Assembly: GCA_030141605.1 (NCBI GenBank)
Contig: JAQGDQ010000007.1
Span: 355,414 to 419,413 of the forward strand
Length of the DNA: 64,000 nt
From: Tubiluchus corallicola
Taxonomy: Eukaryota > Animalia > Priapulida
Reading direction: 5' to 3'
In this document: piece after piece, positions 22,610 to 36,700 of the stretch
How positions within the stretch are numbered: the stretch's first letter is position 1
Layout: every line of letters begins with the position of its first letter
Translations under genes and position numbers: made by a program
Notes under the pieces: model-generated
What the model was told of the DNA's origin: nothing
Database searches by the model: none
The model's input: only the letters and a program-made list of their open reading frames with translations

Positions 22610-23969
22610 TATTATTATTATTGGTATGGTTGCATGTGGGCTGGTGCCGTTTGTTGTTTTTTATATAACCTTAGTATTTGACGCATTTGAGGTAAGTGTT
22701 AAAAAATTATTTCGTTATCATTGGTTGCATACCAATAATAAATGTTTTCTCATTTAAATTTTGTTATTAAGAATTATCTCAAGTTTTACTATTTTTTGGC
22801 TAATGTAATAGTAATACTATACTATAGCGTTGCTGTGAGTGTGAGTCGTGATAGACCTACATAAAAATTAAAATCTAGTTCAGGCTTGATCAAGAGATAC
22901 ACTGTTCCCTTGATCGATGTAGAATGTATTGACTTTAGAGTTACACTGCGTAGGGTGTTCGCGCTTGCTCGACATCCCCATGTACCATTCTCACCTTGAA
23001 CTGTATTGTGGTGCCATGTAGCACCTCACTGTTACTGCATAGATTACGTTAGATTATTAGTTTATAGATAGTTACTGTCTAAGTCCTTATTTCTTTGGAT
23101 AAGATATCAGTTGACATTATGTAACAATAAAAATTACATTACTCGGTACATAACAATGCCAATGGACAACATGGTGGTCGTGGTAAGACCTGGGTCTGAC
23201 TCATTTCAAGGCTTTGCCTCTGAAATCAACCGCTGAACCAACAGAGGTATCTAGTCATGTTCAGATGTGTATACATATAATATGTCCTTGAGATGTGTGT
23301 ATATATCACACATCTTGCTTCACATGTGTGCATGTGTGAATGTGGATAATATATAAAGAGCCACATTCTACAAGGTAAACAGTCAAAGCGGCATGGTGCA
23401 TGGAACCATCTAAAATGGGAATCAAAGTGGTTCAGGCAAGTTTGGCCGTCAAGAACTTGCCTGAAAGCAGTTTCACTGCCATACTTAACTTTAGTCGCCA
23501 AGCTCAACACCTCAGTTTTCTTTCATATCACCTTCTTGTTATGCCAGTCTTAACATCACTCAATTTTTATGCTACGTCGTATTCTTCACTAACTTGGATG
23601 TGGTGATTGGCTTATAGACCTAACAAAATATTATTGAATTTTACAGGATTTTCATCTGCTTGGGTGGTAGTGGTTGTCCTGCCTTCCTTTTTTGCCTAGT
23701 GATGCTAGCTTGGCGACAGATCTTCCGTCCTGCTAAATGTACGAAGTTTCATTGTTTATAGTTACGAGTAGATAGTGGCCTATTGTTTTTTTTACATTTG
23801 ATAGCTATTAACCTTTTCACTGCAGCTACACTGACTTTGCATAACTTCTTGTCATGGGTTACTAAAACAGAATCTTGTAAATATGCAAATAGTTGTTCAT
23901 TTTGGAGTACTAATATTAAATATTAGTTTTATTTCTACACATAAGAGCACACATGTGTACATTCTCTCA

Positions 23970-24047
23970 CGCATGCACACTCACACACAAACACACTCAC
24001 ACACGCATGCACACACACACGCACACACACACACAGACACACACACA
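23970..24047. repeat. Imperfect (CA)n microsatellite
   Basis: Direct observation. Confidence 0.85.
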
Positions 24048-24602
24048 ATTCATAATGTGCATTCATTTTATAAGAATGTAGAACAGTCAATTGAATGTAT
24101 AAGTTTCATCAATGATCTACAAGTGGTTTTGCTAGTATTGTGCAATGCACCTGGCTTCAGATGCTGATTGGCTGGTCAGCGTTACTTGTGTGAAGCAATC
24201 CCAATCTCACGGCTGCTAAACTTTTCTATAATGTTCTTGCATGGCCGTATCAGTGAAATAAACAGATCTGGGAACTGCACTTAGTGCTGAGCTTGGGCGG
24301 TAGCTTAACACCTACCGTTCGTGGCACGAAAAAAATAAGCGGCAGTGTGCCACCTGTAAAGCAAGTATTAGACTTTTGACAATTAATAATGCCTCTGTAT
24401 AAAGTTGTCAATATTTTAACGAACATCATTTACTATAATCAAAATTTAGCAATATAAATGCAAAATAGAAAGTAGAATACAGTCCATAATAAGTGTTATT
24501 CGTGGAAAAATGTGTACATATATGCAATTACATATATTCTGTATAGTTATGTATTATTAATTTTTTTCAGTATTACTAAGAACATTGAGCACCGTGAGTG
24601 AC

Positions 24603-24746
24603 ATGGGAGACAGGTATTACCGCAGTTGTTTTGATGAGTGGGGGCAGAATGAACCTGATATGATTTACCTCAGCATTGGTGCCCCGGATAATAGAGCCCT
24701 CAGTAATACAGCTAGGATGTGGCAGAAGGCAACTGAACATAGACTC
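24603..24746 (+). CDS. Aminotransferase first coding exon (acceptor at 24570)
   Basis: MGDRYY...MIYLSIGAPD...EHRL|gtaagt; the frame is open back to the acceptor, so the true start could be upstream. Confidence 0.8.
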
Positions 24747-27700
24747 GTAAGTAATAATAGACAATGAAAAGTCATCATTTGTGATTATTTTGTGCTTTCG
24801 ACTTTCGTTTTAGCTTTGATTTTTTTAATGAAGTTCCTCACAAATTTTTTAGCATTAGTTTTTTTTAGCAAAATTGGCAACTTGCAAGCCTTGAATTAGC
24901 TATTGATTATTTATTTCAAATGATCATTGCTTAGCCCATTTAGAGAAACATGACCAGTAATGTAGCCTGTAAAATTTTGCAGCTGAATTTGCACGCACGT
25001 AAAGATTGTATTATGGACCTTATACTATATCTACATGCTATACATGTGTAATATGTATTTACTTTTTGCTAAGTATATTATTAAGTTTTTTTAGAGTCTC
25101 ATCGTTAGCTTCTGTACTGCCTTGTGTAGCTTCAGTAGAGTTACTGTCATTTACACTAGTGTTTTATTAAGCTTCAACAGAGCTACTATAATTTGTATTA
25201 GTGTTTCGTGAAGCTTCCATAGAGTTACTGCCATTTATTCTAGTACTCAGTAAAGCTTCCATGGAGCTACCATCATTTACACTAGTGTTTCATCAAGCTT
25301 CCACAGAACTATCGTCATTTATACTAGTATTTCTTCAAGCTTCCGCAATGTTACTGTCATTTACGCTAGTGTTTCATCGAGCTTCCGCAGAGCTACTATA
25401 ATTTGTATTAGTTTTCGTGAAACTTCCATAGAGTTACTGCCATTTATTCTAGTACTCAGTAAAGCTCATAGAGCTACCATCATTTATTATACTAGTGTTT
25501 CATCAAGCTTCCATAGAGTTGCCATATCTTATACTAGTGCTTCATTAAGCTTTTGTTGTGTTGCTTCAATAAGCTTCCCATACAGTTGCTGTCATTTATA
25601 CTAGTGTTCCATAAAGTTTTCATTAGAGTTGCTCCTCATTTGGCTTTATTCAGCTTTAGAGGTTCATGTTAGTACTTTACTCAATTTTTTTAGGATTACC
25701 GTGATTGCCCAAGTACTTCATTCAACATTTTGAGGATTGCCTTGATTGCAGTAGTGCTTCATTCAGCTTTTTTTAGGTTTACCGTGATTGCACTAGTGCT
25801 TCATTCAGCTTTTTTTAGGATTACCGTGATTGCCCAAGTACTTCACTCAACTTTTTGAGGATTGCCTTGATTGCAGTAGTGCTTCATTCAGCTTTTTTTA
25901 GGATTGCCATGATTGCACTAGTGCTTCATTCAGCTTTTTTTAGGATTACCGTGATTGCCCAAGTACTTCACTCAACTTTTTGAGGATTGCCTTGATTGCA
26001 GTAGTGCTTCATTCAGCTTTTTTTAGGATTGCCATGATTGCACTAGTGCTTCATTCAGCTTTTTTTAGGATTACCGTGATTGCCCAAGTACTTCACTCAA
26101 CTTTTTGAGGATTGCCTTGATTGCAGTAGTGCTTCATTCAGCTTTTTTTAGGATTACCATAATTGCACTAGTGCTTCTGTCTGCTTAGTGAGGTTTGCCA
26201 TTATTCAGTAGAATTTAGAAATTTTACTTTTTACTGAAAAGCCAAGAAGTTTTATATATTTTTGTATTTTCTAAACTTATAGAAGAGAGAATTGCAGGAG
26301 GGGAATATGTTTCAATATGGTCCAGTGAGGGGAGACTTCTACTTCCGAGACAATTTAGCAAAGTTTCTTTCCGAGCAGTATCGAGACAACGTTGACAGGT
26401 ATGTAGTTGTTCATTTGTTATGCAGTATACACACACGTACATTTATTATATATACATAAAAAATAACCAGTATTCCGATTTCCCACATTTTTGTTTCCTA
26501 TTCTGAGAATGTTTGCTTGTTCTCTAGTACATATTTTTGCTGTACTATGTTAAGCATTTTTAGTGCATATTTCGCGATAGATTACCGAAAAGCGAATACA
26601 TACTTTGGCCTTCTTGAAATCTTCGCATCCTATAATGGCACCTTGCACTAAAATCTGTAATGCTGGAATTTTTAAGTAGCACTGTAACGGCACTACATAA
26701 GCTTGGCAAGCCCCAAAAAGAAGAGTAGACCTAGTGTAAAAACAGGTTGGTTGTCTTAAGCAGCCACTTTTAATTCACATTAATTTGGAATCATTGAAGG
26801 CTAGAGTCATGAAACTTGCAGAGCAATACACCTAGGATAAGGGTCGAGGACAACACTGGACATTGGTCAGTTCGAGTGGCTACCTGACTATGGGCTATCA
26901 ACTACTAATGCTTGCCTACTCACCATTGGTCAATGGTGCTTACACGTCCCATGTAGTGTCCAATATACAAATGCATATATCTGTTATATACATGTACATC
27001 AGAAGCAACATGTGTTTTTTCTGTGTTTTTCTTTTCCTGTTCTCAGAATACTTACTTGTTCTTTTGTACATGTGTTTTTCACTATTGTGTTATGTACAGT
27101 TTTATTAATGTAGAATGGTCACATTGTATTAGCTTTAATCATTTAGAATTCCTTAGTAAATAATTGTAAAAAATCTTTGATATTTTTTATCTGAAAATTT
27201 TATACTAAATGCTAAACACAGGTACTTTTCTTTTTCACTTGCTTAATTAGCCCATATTATGAAAAACTGAGAAAACATGTAAAAAGTGAAAACACATTAT
27301 CAGTTTACATATAATATGGTAGCTGTAAAATGTTTTCATGCTTTATTTATTTAATTTTTTGTGAAAGTGTTTCAAGAAAGAAATCCCAATACTTGATAAT
27401 AACGAAATCTCAATGTTCAACACAAAATACGCTTTTGGCTTGATTAGTCTTTCTCCACCAAGCAATATATCACTTCTGATGTGTATTTATAGGCGTGATT
27501 TATATGTGAACACTGGTGCTACCAACGGTCTTCGATTTCTTACTACTACGTTATTTCCCACCGGAAGCCTGATATTTGTTGAAGACCCGACATACTTTGT
27601 TGCCCTAAACATCTTGAAGAAAGAGTTGGGAATGAATCTAGTCGGAGGTAACATTGTGCAAATCTAGCAAACTTATTACAATTATTGATTTTTACCAAAT

Positions 27701-30700
27701 AAGAGCAGTGTGGATCTGTGTACTATTTGTTGTAATTTGCTAATCGTTTACTTTTTTCTTTTACGTAAAATATAAAAAAAGTGATAAACAAATAATTGTT
27801 GAAGTTTACTGGCATAATTCACCAAGGATTCTTCCACTTCTAGTGTAGTGGATTGCTCTCTAAAAGCTTGTTTGTACTTCAGGTGAAATAACCATTTTTC
27901 TTGTTCTTTCCTGTATAAGAAAAATTTTATTGCAGCACTTTGCCCTGAAAATTGAACTGCTATGTTAAGGTATTTAGAATATTTATGGGTTATTTAGTCT
28001 TTCTAGTGATTTCTTGGTAACTAGGTTGGTAAAGCACTCGGACATCAAATTATGTGTGGGTGAGGATAATTTTTTTACCTGCCATGTCAACTGTGGAGTT
28101 TGGTAATTGTACATAATTCTGTTGTAGAATTTGCTGCTACAATTTATGATGTTACTGTTTTATTCTATCTATCGCAACATTTAGAATTTATTTCTTTAAA
28201 TTTTTGATAGAAAGTATAAACTAATCAATTTTTGTGCTCATTCTCACATACAAAGATAGTGGAGTTGAAAAAAGGTGGCAACCCCATTCCTTTTTTTATT
28301 GTTCGTAAGGGTTTTGCGCATTTCATTTTTGTAGAAAGATTGTCGTTTTATATAACAGGTAGTTTGACGATTGCTCGTGGTATGTTAGATTTATGAGGTT
28401 AAAAAAATGGATCTGTTGTGTGCTGATCCATTTGTGGATTATTCAGCAACTCTTTTGTGATATTTACAAATGGTTTTCATTTTTCTGTGAACAGTGGGCT
28501 TGCAAGCTAACCCAAATACTGTTGTAATAATATTGTGAAACAAAAAAAATATTGTTAATAACACTAAAAAAACATTGCTACTATTTTCCTCCAAAATACC
28601 ACATACTGTGGTTATGGCATTTTTTCTCTTCATGTATTTAGAAATTCATTTGGAAAATATGATTTTATGAGTTTATTTTTGCAAGAATGGTATTCTCTTT
28701 TCAGTTCCGACCAAAAACTGTGCCATTGATACAGGTGAATTTGAAAGGCTACTACAAAAGCACACCAGTAGTTTACAACCTGTAACAAAAAAGCATTCTT
28801 ATTCCACCATGCTGTATTTAGTACCAACCTTCAACAATCCCACGGGAATCAGCTATACTCCAGGTAAGCAGTATCTGTTGCCAGGTGCTGGTTAAACATT
28901 TGAAATTGTTTTCTGTCTTTAAGCTTTCTTATATCTAATGTAGTTCAATTATTGTTCAAACAAAGATCATCTACCATTGCTTTTTGACGCAATTAGTAAA
29001 TTAACTGGTACTAATTTTAGTTTTTCTTTTAGAGTACATGAAATTAATTAAAGTGGCATTTATGTAGCATCTGGTATGCATTATGCATTATCCACCTGCA
29101 AAATAGCTCCGGAATAAAAATCAATAAGAGACAACTGCAGAAAAAATAACGTATAACCCAGGCCTGATAAACGGGTGCATTGAAAACAATATAAACCGAT
29201 TTGATTTATTCCGCATCCGCATAACGAATACACATTCCTGCTGCTACATAAAGGCCACTTAACAGTAAACGATTTTAACTTTTTCATTAATTAATTATAG
29301 CACACATGATGGAAAGCATTGTATTTGCTAATATTTGTTCTTAGTTTGACTTAGTTAACTAATAAAAGTCATTGATACATCAAGATGATTAGCGATAATT
29401 TTTCAGACACTACTATAACTATATTAATTTTTACATTTGAATAAAAGATCAGTGTATATTAACACATTTTTTTTGTGTTAATATACATATTAACATATAT
29501 ATATTTCACATTAATCCAGTTATTTTAATGATTTTAAGATTTTAATAAGTATCATCTGTTAACTATATTAATGTTGTAATTTATTACCATAATAAATAAA
29601 TTAACAAAATGTCTAAAATGGGCTGTTCTTTAGTCCATTAACTGTGAAATACCTTTTACTGACCTTTAGCCTTGTATTGTCATTACACGACTAATTAGAT
29701 ATTATTCTTTAAACACATTTTACCATGTTACATCTGTGATGCACTCTTTCAATTAAAGCGAAACCGGACCAATCATGAACTGTAGGTCAAAACGTCTACC
29801 GTATTTCTTCGAGTATAATGCGCACACGTGTATAATGTGCACCCCTAATTTTCGATTAAAAATCGGTATAAAATTTTGTTTCACTTTTTCTCGGCTCAGA
29901 CCAAGCATTGTAAGTGACAAACGTTGTTGAACACGTGTGGCTATGATAAAAATCATTTATTGACAACGCAAAGTAAACTATGAACACAATTCCGAAATAA
30001 AATTTGCAATATTTATTTAAAATCCTTCAAAGTCCGATTCATCATCAGATACACCAAAGAGTTGTTCCCATTCTTCTTGAGTCAATTTATCATCAGTGTG
30101 TGCGAGGCAAGGAAATAGTCAACTACCATACATCACAACGGATAATAAGAATTCTCGGAAATGGCACCATCTGACAAAGTCTGCTGATGACGCAAATATT
30201 ATTGATTATTTCCTTAGCTACACCTCGCCTCTGCCATTAGTGTTGGGCATGAGCCGTTGAGAATTATTTATTTTAGATCGTCCACGCAAGTGCTCTGGAT
30301 ACTGTTACTAAAAATAGACCATAGGCATTTTGTGGGTCGAGAGATGTGGCTGCATTCAATGTTTTGTGATTGTGGTCATCGATATCTTCAACTAATGAGT
30401 CATTGCACAAATAATATATTGATACATCTGTCACCCCAGCCCTCGTTTATAACGCGCACCCAAACTTTGAGTTCTTTTTTAGGTAGAAAAGTTTGCGTGT
30501 TATATTCGAATAAATACGGTACTCTTTAAAATATTGAACGGTAACATACGTGTGCTTTCAATCCCAAATCATCCATATGTCGGCTGCAAAGTAGAATGCA
30601 CCAAAAATTTGGTCAAATGTTAATTTTCTGTTTTTTATAAAAACAAATGCTAAATATATTGGACTTTAAATAATATTCTAGCATCAAATCATCAAGAAAA

Positions 30701-33700
30701 TTTATAAAAAATGCTAGAAATCTAATTTTATAACCCCGTACTCACTTTTCTGTTTAGAAACTAGTACTGCAATTGTAAAAAGCTTGTATTTTCAAACTCT
30801 GGTAGTAGCTCATGGGAGCAATGAATTTGCTTCGGGTTTTTTCTGTTTCCAAGCGCAGATCTTTGTCAGAAAAAGCTATCTACTGGATTTAAACATAACA
30901 TCAATGTTTTCTTGCAAAGTCCATAGAACCAACATTTGTGCGGTTGCTAAGTGTTTTGTAGAAACACGACAAAAAACAATGGCTAACATTAACAGTGATT
31001 TTCTGAAAGTTAGTTTTTCAGTGTGCAGCTTGCACCTCAACTTCAGCGTGGATTATCTTACCTTAGAAATAATGTAGAGTTTTGACCTTGGTATCAAAAT
31101 AATTCTCATGAAATGGAGATTCAGGATATGTGAATAACTAGAAAAGCCTAATTGCCGTCTTATGGACGATTTTGCTATGCAAGCACACATATATTTGTTA
31201 TATATGTATAAACAGTGACTTTCGTGAAAGAATTACTACAACCGAAACGCAATTTACGTTCGTAACACTAGTTCTTCCCTGTTGCATGCATTTTGCCATT
31301 CACTAGCACCTACATTTCGAAAACGCGCTCCACAATTAACAGGTGCTGTATCTCTCAGTTCAAAGGTGTTCATTTGTGACGTACTGCACATGTTCGACAG
31401 CTCGTGCGTGAGCACAGCAGTAAATTTGAAATTTGAATTTTTATGCTGAGTTTTAGTACTTTAATTTTCGCTTTTGCACAAATGTGCAACGCGCTCGTGG
31501 ATTGTTTTGGTTGTTGAAAATTGTGTTCGTTTGTAATGTCATCAATAGTTGGGGTCTCCTGCCATTAATTAAGATTTTGATCTATTATTTAATTGTCGGA
31601 AATGCTTTTGCAGTATTATTGGTGTTAAAATGTATACTTTTGCCGTACTTGAAAATGTGGAAGTATGTGACAAATCATCCTGTCTTTCTTTTAAGTTACT
31701 TGTCCCAAAAACCACCATAAACAGTTACCATTGCCGACTACACTAAGTGAATACACCACAAACAATTATGATTTTGGCTGCTATACTGGAAAAACACACC
31801 ACAAGCAAATCTGGGGATCTTATCTATAAGTTAGCTCTGTGACATGAATAAGCACTTTAAATGCTAACTGTCAGGTCTAAAAAACGTCTCAAGTGTGGTT
31901 AGTTAGCTAATAATTTTTATAAATTGCTTATTGAAAACTTAGCAGCTACCGGTTGATTGTCAGTGAAGCGGCAAACTTCCTAACTCAAGGTTTTCCTATA
32001 TAAGTATCAGAATTAACACTCACTCGTACCCACTACAAAGCCTGTTGAGGAAGGTACAATTGCAATTCTAAAAATAACATTACCTACTTTTACAGACAAG
32101 CATTGTAATAAGAAATGAAAGATAAAACTAATGTCAATCAGACAGATTATATAAGAACAATAGCTAGCTTAAAAATAAACTACAAATACGATGCTATCTA
32201 AGGCATAATAATAATAATAATAATAATAATAATCTTTTATTTATCTTTTAACACACACAGTTACAATACAATTAATTTAGCAACAAAAATGTGAAGAAAG
32301 GGCAGCGAAAGACCAATTGGTCATCTAGTCAGCTGCCCTTTGGTTAGTGATGAACATTTTTTAAAGGCGCTATGCTACAGTGTATTAGTGTTAGTACTGC
32401 TTATAATAAAAATTAAATTGTTAGGAATGACATAAAATTGATAATGATATGCTTATAATGTGTTAGTACAATTCATACACAGTAATAATAAGTGCATAAT
32501 AATAATAATAAAAAAATCAAACTGAAGATAACTGAAATAAGGACTGAAACAAGAACTGAAATAAAAATCTGACATCAGGAACATAATAACAATGGCAACT
32601 GAAATTTACTTTATAACGCAAGCATAATGTAAAAAAAAATACAGAGCGATTTTTGATGATCTGATGTAAAATAAATTGGCAGATAGTTAGAGCACAAAAA
32701 ATTACCTGTATGACTGCATGAGGAGATTGACAATTGGAGTCCAGACTTTGAAAATGATCTACAGAAGTTAGACAATAAACAATTAAATATGGAAGTTAAT
32801 TGATCCTGCTATAACAGTAACTGCTCTTGCAAAAGGAATAAAAGTTGTTCAGTAATAAGTTTGCAAGAGTTGACATTTGTATAATTTACTTAAGTGATAG
32901 ATACTAGTTGATTGCTTAAGATCATCTGAAAGAGTATTCCATAGAACTGTACCATTATGTTTTAAAGTTTGTAAACCTTAAAACATAATGGTACAGTTCT
33001 ATGGAATACTCTTTCAGATGATCTTAAGCAATCAACTAGTATCTATCACTTAAGTAAATTATACAAATGTCAACTCTTGCAAACTTATTACTGAACAACT
33101 TTTATTCCTTTTGCAAGGTTGCAACAAGGTTGCATAACTTAGGTTGGATTGTTAACAATGACACGGCTTAAGTTAAAGGAAGAACACACAAATTATTATA
33201 ATTAAGTTTTGCCTTTCTGAAGATATAATATATGTGTTTCAAAGATCAGTAGATAATTAACAGAGTAGAGAGGTCATTAGGTCCACAAAGAATGAAGCTG
33301 CGTTTTTCAGTTACGAACCAAGAATTAAAATTGAAGTAAGTAAGAATAGTAGCTACTTTAGCAAGAAAAGGGAGGCATATACTTATTTATGTGAAGCCTT
33401 TCAACAGAAATTGTTCTGAAGTTTCACTCCGTGGATTACACGTATTACATAAGGGTGACAAACATAGATTGTGCTTATAAAGAGAGCAATTTTAATATTG
33501 TACCTAAGCACAATCGACAATAATGCAGCAGCATACCTACTTTCTGAAAATTAGGATGAAACATTTTAACTAATGTCTTTCTGATTGATGGTTTGGTTGG
33601 TTCATCATTTGATTCACCATAAATAGGCTGTGTACTCGAAGTAGCTTTGTTATTGTAAAACAACAGAACAAGTTTGTGCTGTTCAATAGATAATACAGTT

Positions 33701-36700
33701 AATTGAGCGGTTTTTGTTTTAGAAAATTTGCTTTAGTTTCCTTATTTCAGAGACAGTCTTATTTCTGACAGTTTTGTAATATTCCTAGTAAGTTATATAA
33801 TATTTAATGTCTTTTTGAATATTTTGTAAAACCTGTCCCTGTGATGCTGATTTTTAGCTCGTCGTACTTTTTTTAGTATTCGTATTTGTATTCCGGTCTT
33901 AACTACCGGAATAAAATTTGAGTTGAACTGACTTGAAGATAACGTATATAACTAGATATCCATGGGTCATCTGTTGGGAAAATTACCACCAGCTGATTAA
34001 TTATTTAGTTAGCACAGATGTTAACAAAAGTAACCATAAGTTTAGCACAAGTGCACAAGTTTAAATTTTAAGATATTAATTCCCAGTAAACTGCTGATTG
34101 TTTATTAATAATTGACATCTAAGTCATCATACTTCCAAATTTTTCTATAGTATTTTTAGACAAGAATACCCTAATTTCATTGTGGCCTAGAACAGTACAA
34201 GGTCTGCATATGTTAGCTATAGGTGTCAGCATCAAAGAAGTTTTAAACCAGCTTGAACAATTAGTAATAATGAGGTTAGTAAAAAATACAAGACTGCATA
34301 ATAAGTGTTTTTTGTTTTGATTAATTATGTAAACATTCACATTACAAAGATCATTTATACATTGCTTCACTAGCAATGATATTTTATTTTTGTTTCAGAT
34401 AAATGTGAAGAACTAATTAGAATAGCACGCAAGTATGATGTCTTATTATTTGCGGATGATGTCTATAACATATTATTTTACCAGGGAGCACCTGTGAAGC
34501 GACTGTTTTCATATGACAGTAGGTAAGTTGAAGGAAGTAGATAGCAGATTTTAAAAAAATGCAATGTTCTATCAGCTAAAAACAGCAATATTCGCTCTGG
34601 GAGTGTAAATAGCTACTGTAACTATGTTCTCAGCACTCATTAATAACTCAGAAAAACAATTGTTCATAGTATTTTACTTACTTATGAGTTAATGTCATTC
34701 ATTTCATCAAACTACTCATTTACGTACTACTTTTAGATCATTCACTTGTTTTTAAATATAATTATACCTATGGAACATTTTAATTTTATGGCTTCAAAAT
34801 GACTGCACTTGGTATAGTCACCATTGGCTCAAACATGTTTAAGTAAAAGTTTTGAAGACTACTACTTCAAACGTAGACTTTGTGTACAGTGTGATTATAT
34901 ACAAACAACATAAAATTTTAAGATGAGTGTTTAAAGCACAAGAAAACCCTCCATAAACGTAAACCTTAAAAAATTCGTCTTGAATTTTTATGTCACTTAC
35001 ATATTGCATTTTGACATACAGGACTTCAATCGGCAGTCACGCTGTGTAAAACACGTAAATTTAAACTCCCGCGATGTCCGTTCGATGCAGCCATTTTGAC
35101 GATAAGTCATTTGAAACAAGTTTAGATAACATTGTGTGAACATTAAAAAATCAGAGCATGCGCAGCACACACGCCACTAACTGAGAAAAATTTTTAATTA
35201 CTGTATCTTGCCAATAAGATTAAAAATACATTTTTGGTTAGTGCGTAGTGCACCTGGAGGGTGAGTCAGTGACATTTTATTACCAATTGTTGAAAGCATT
35301 TTAAATAATTAAAAATTTTCTTTTCTAGTTACATTAGTTTTTCCGGCCGGTAAGTGAAAAGCTAAGTAATATAGGTTTGCATGGAAAGTTTTTTGGGGCA
35401 TAATTTAACATTACCTTTTCTTCCGCTGATTTACGTTGCGTAAGTGACGTCATGTAATAGCGACTTCGGAACATGATTGCGGGAGATTTAAAATGAATAC
35501 AAAACAAAAATTACTTTTAACACAAGTACGATATTTGCTGAAAATGCTGTAAACTAATATAATTTTTTAAAAAGATTTTTCTGAAACCTACTTCAGATAC
35601 CCCTTTTCTCGTCCTTTAAGTCCATGCGAAAATTCGTAATATGTTTTTTTCTCTGTTTGTCCAACTTAAGCTACTCAGAATGTAAAACAAGGATTGTTTC
35701 TTGCATAATAGCTTATACATGCTATGAGAAAAAAGCTCACAATTAGAACAGTTATAAACTTTCATAATTTATACTGTGTTTGACTGCATTCACATGTGCA
35801 CAGTGTGAGTTGCCGGGAGCGTGGCGGCAAGTGAAACCGCCCAGACACAGTTTTCCTTGGGGTAATCTGTCAGTTTATTAAACCAGACGCCATATTAATT
35901 AACTTCAGTCACTGTAACCACTCGGCTATTCTCTTTCCCTCTTAGAATATTTTTAGTTCATATAGTATATTTTTTAAGTTTTTATTTAAGAATTTGCCGA
36001 TTAAAAATTTTCAGTTCTAGCATACCTTTTATAATCTGAGTAACGGTTAAAACTTTCGTCTCACATTTGATTTTTGCTTTTTCTAATTTTTAGAGATGAC
36101 CCTGAATTCAAGGGCAGTGTTGTGTCAAATGGGACATTCTCGAAGATAACTGGTGGAGGAATGAGGTTGGGCTGGTATGAGTTGCCACCCAATTTAGTCC
36201 AACAGATTGCCACATTGTGAGTAACATTTGACGTTACAGTGATTATTGTTTTTGTAAGTTTATTAACACTTGCACAAAATTTAGGGTTTTTAAATGTCTA
36301 TCTAAACTTACACTTTTTTAGAAGTTCTCAACATGACAGTCCATACATCGGCCATCGATATAATATACATAACTGTTGCTTTCTGTAAACAATCTACTTT
36401 CAAATTTATCAAAAAAAAATGTAATGGCTAGCAATCCAAATGACCTCTTGTGTAAATCCAGTTTTTAAGGAAAGGCCAGGCCTTCGGGGAAGTTAGGTTT
36501 TTCAGTGTTCACGAAAAATGGTGGAACGACTTAGTAATAAAAGTATGATAAGCGCCTCTTGTAGTTAATGAAATCACTTTAAAGTCGGGATCATTTCACT
36601 CTGGGGCACTCGCACTTTGAATGCCCATTCTTTCACCAATGACAATCGGCCGAAGAAAAGCAGTGCACTGTCAATTTCCATCATAAGTATAATAAGTTTT

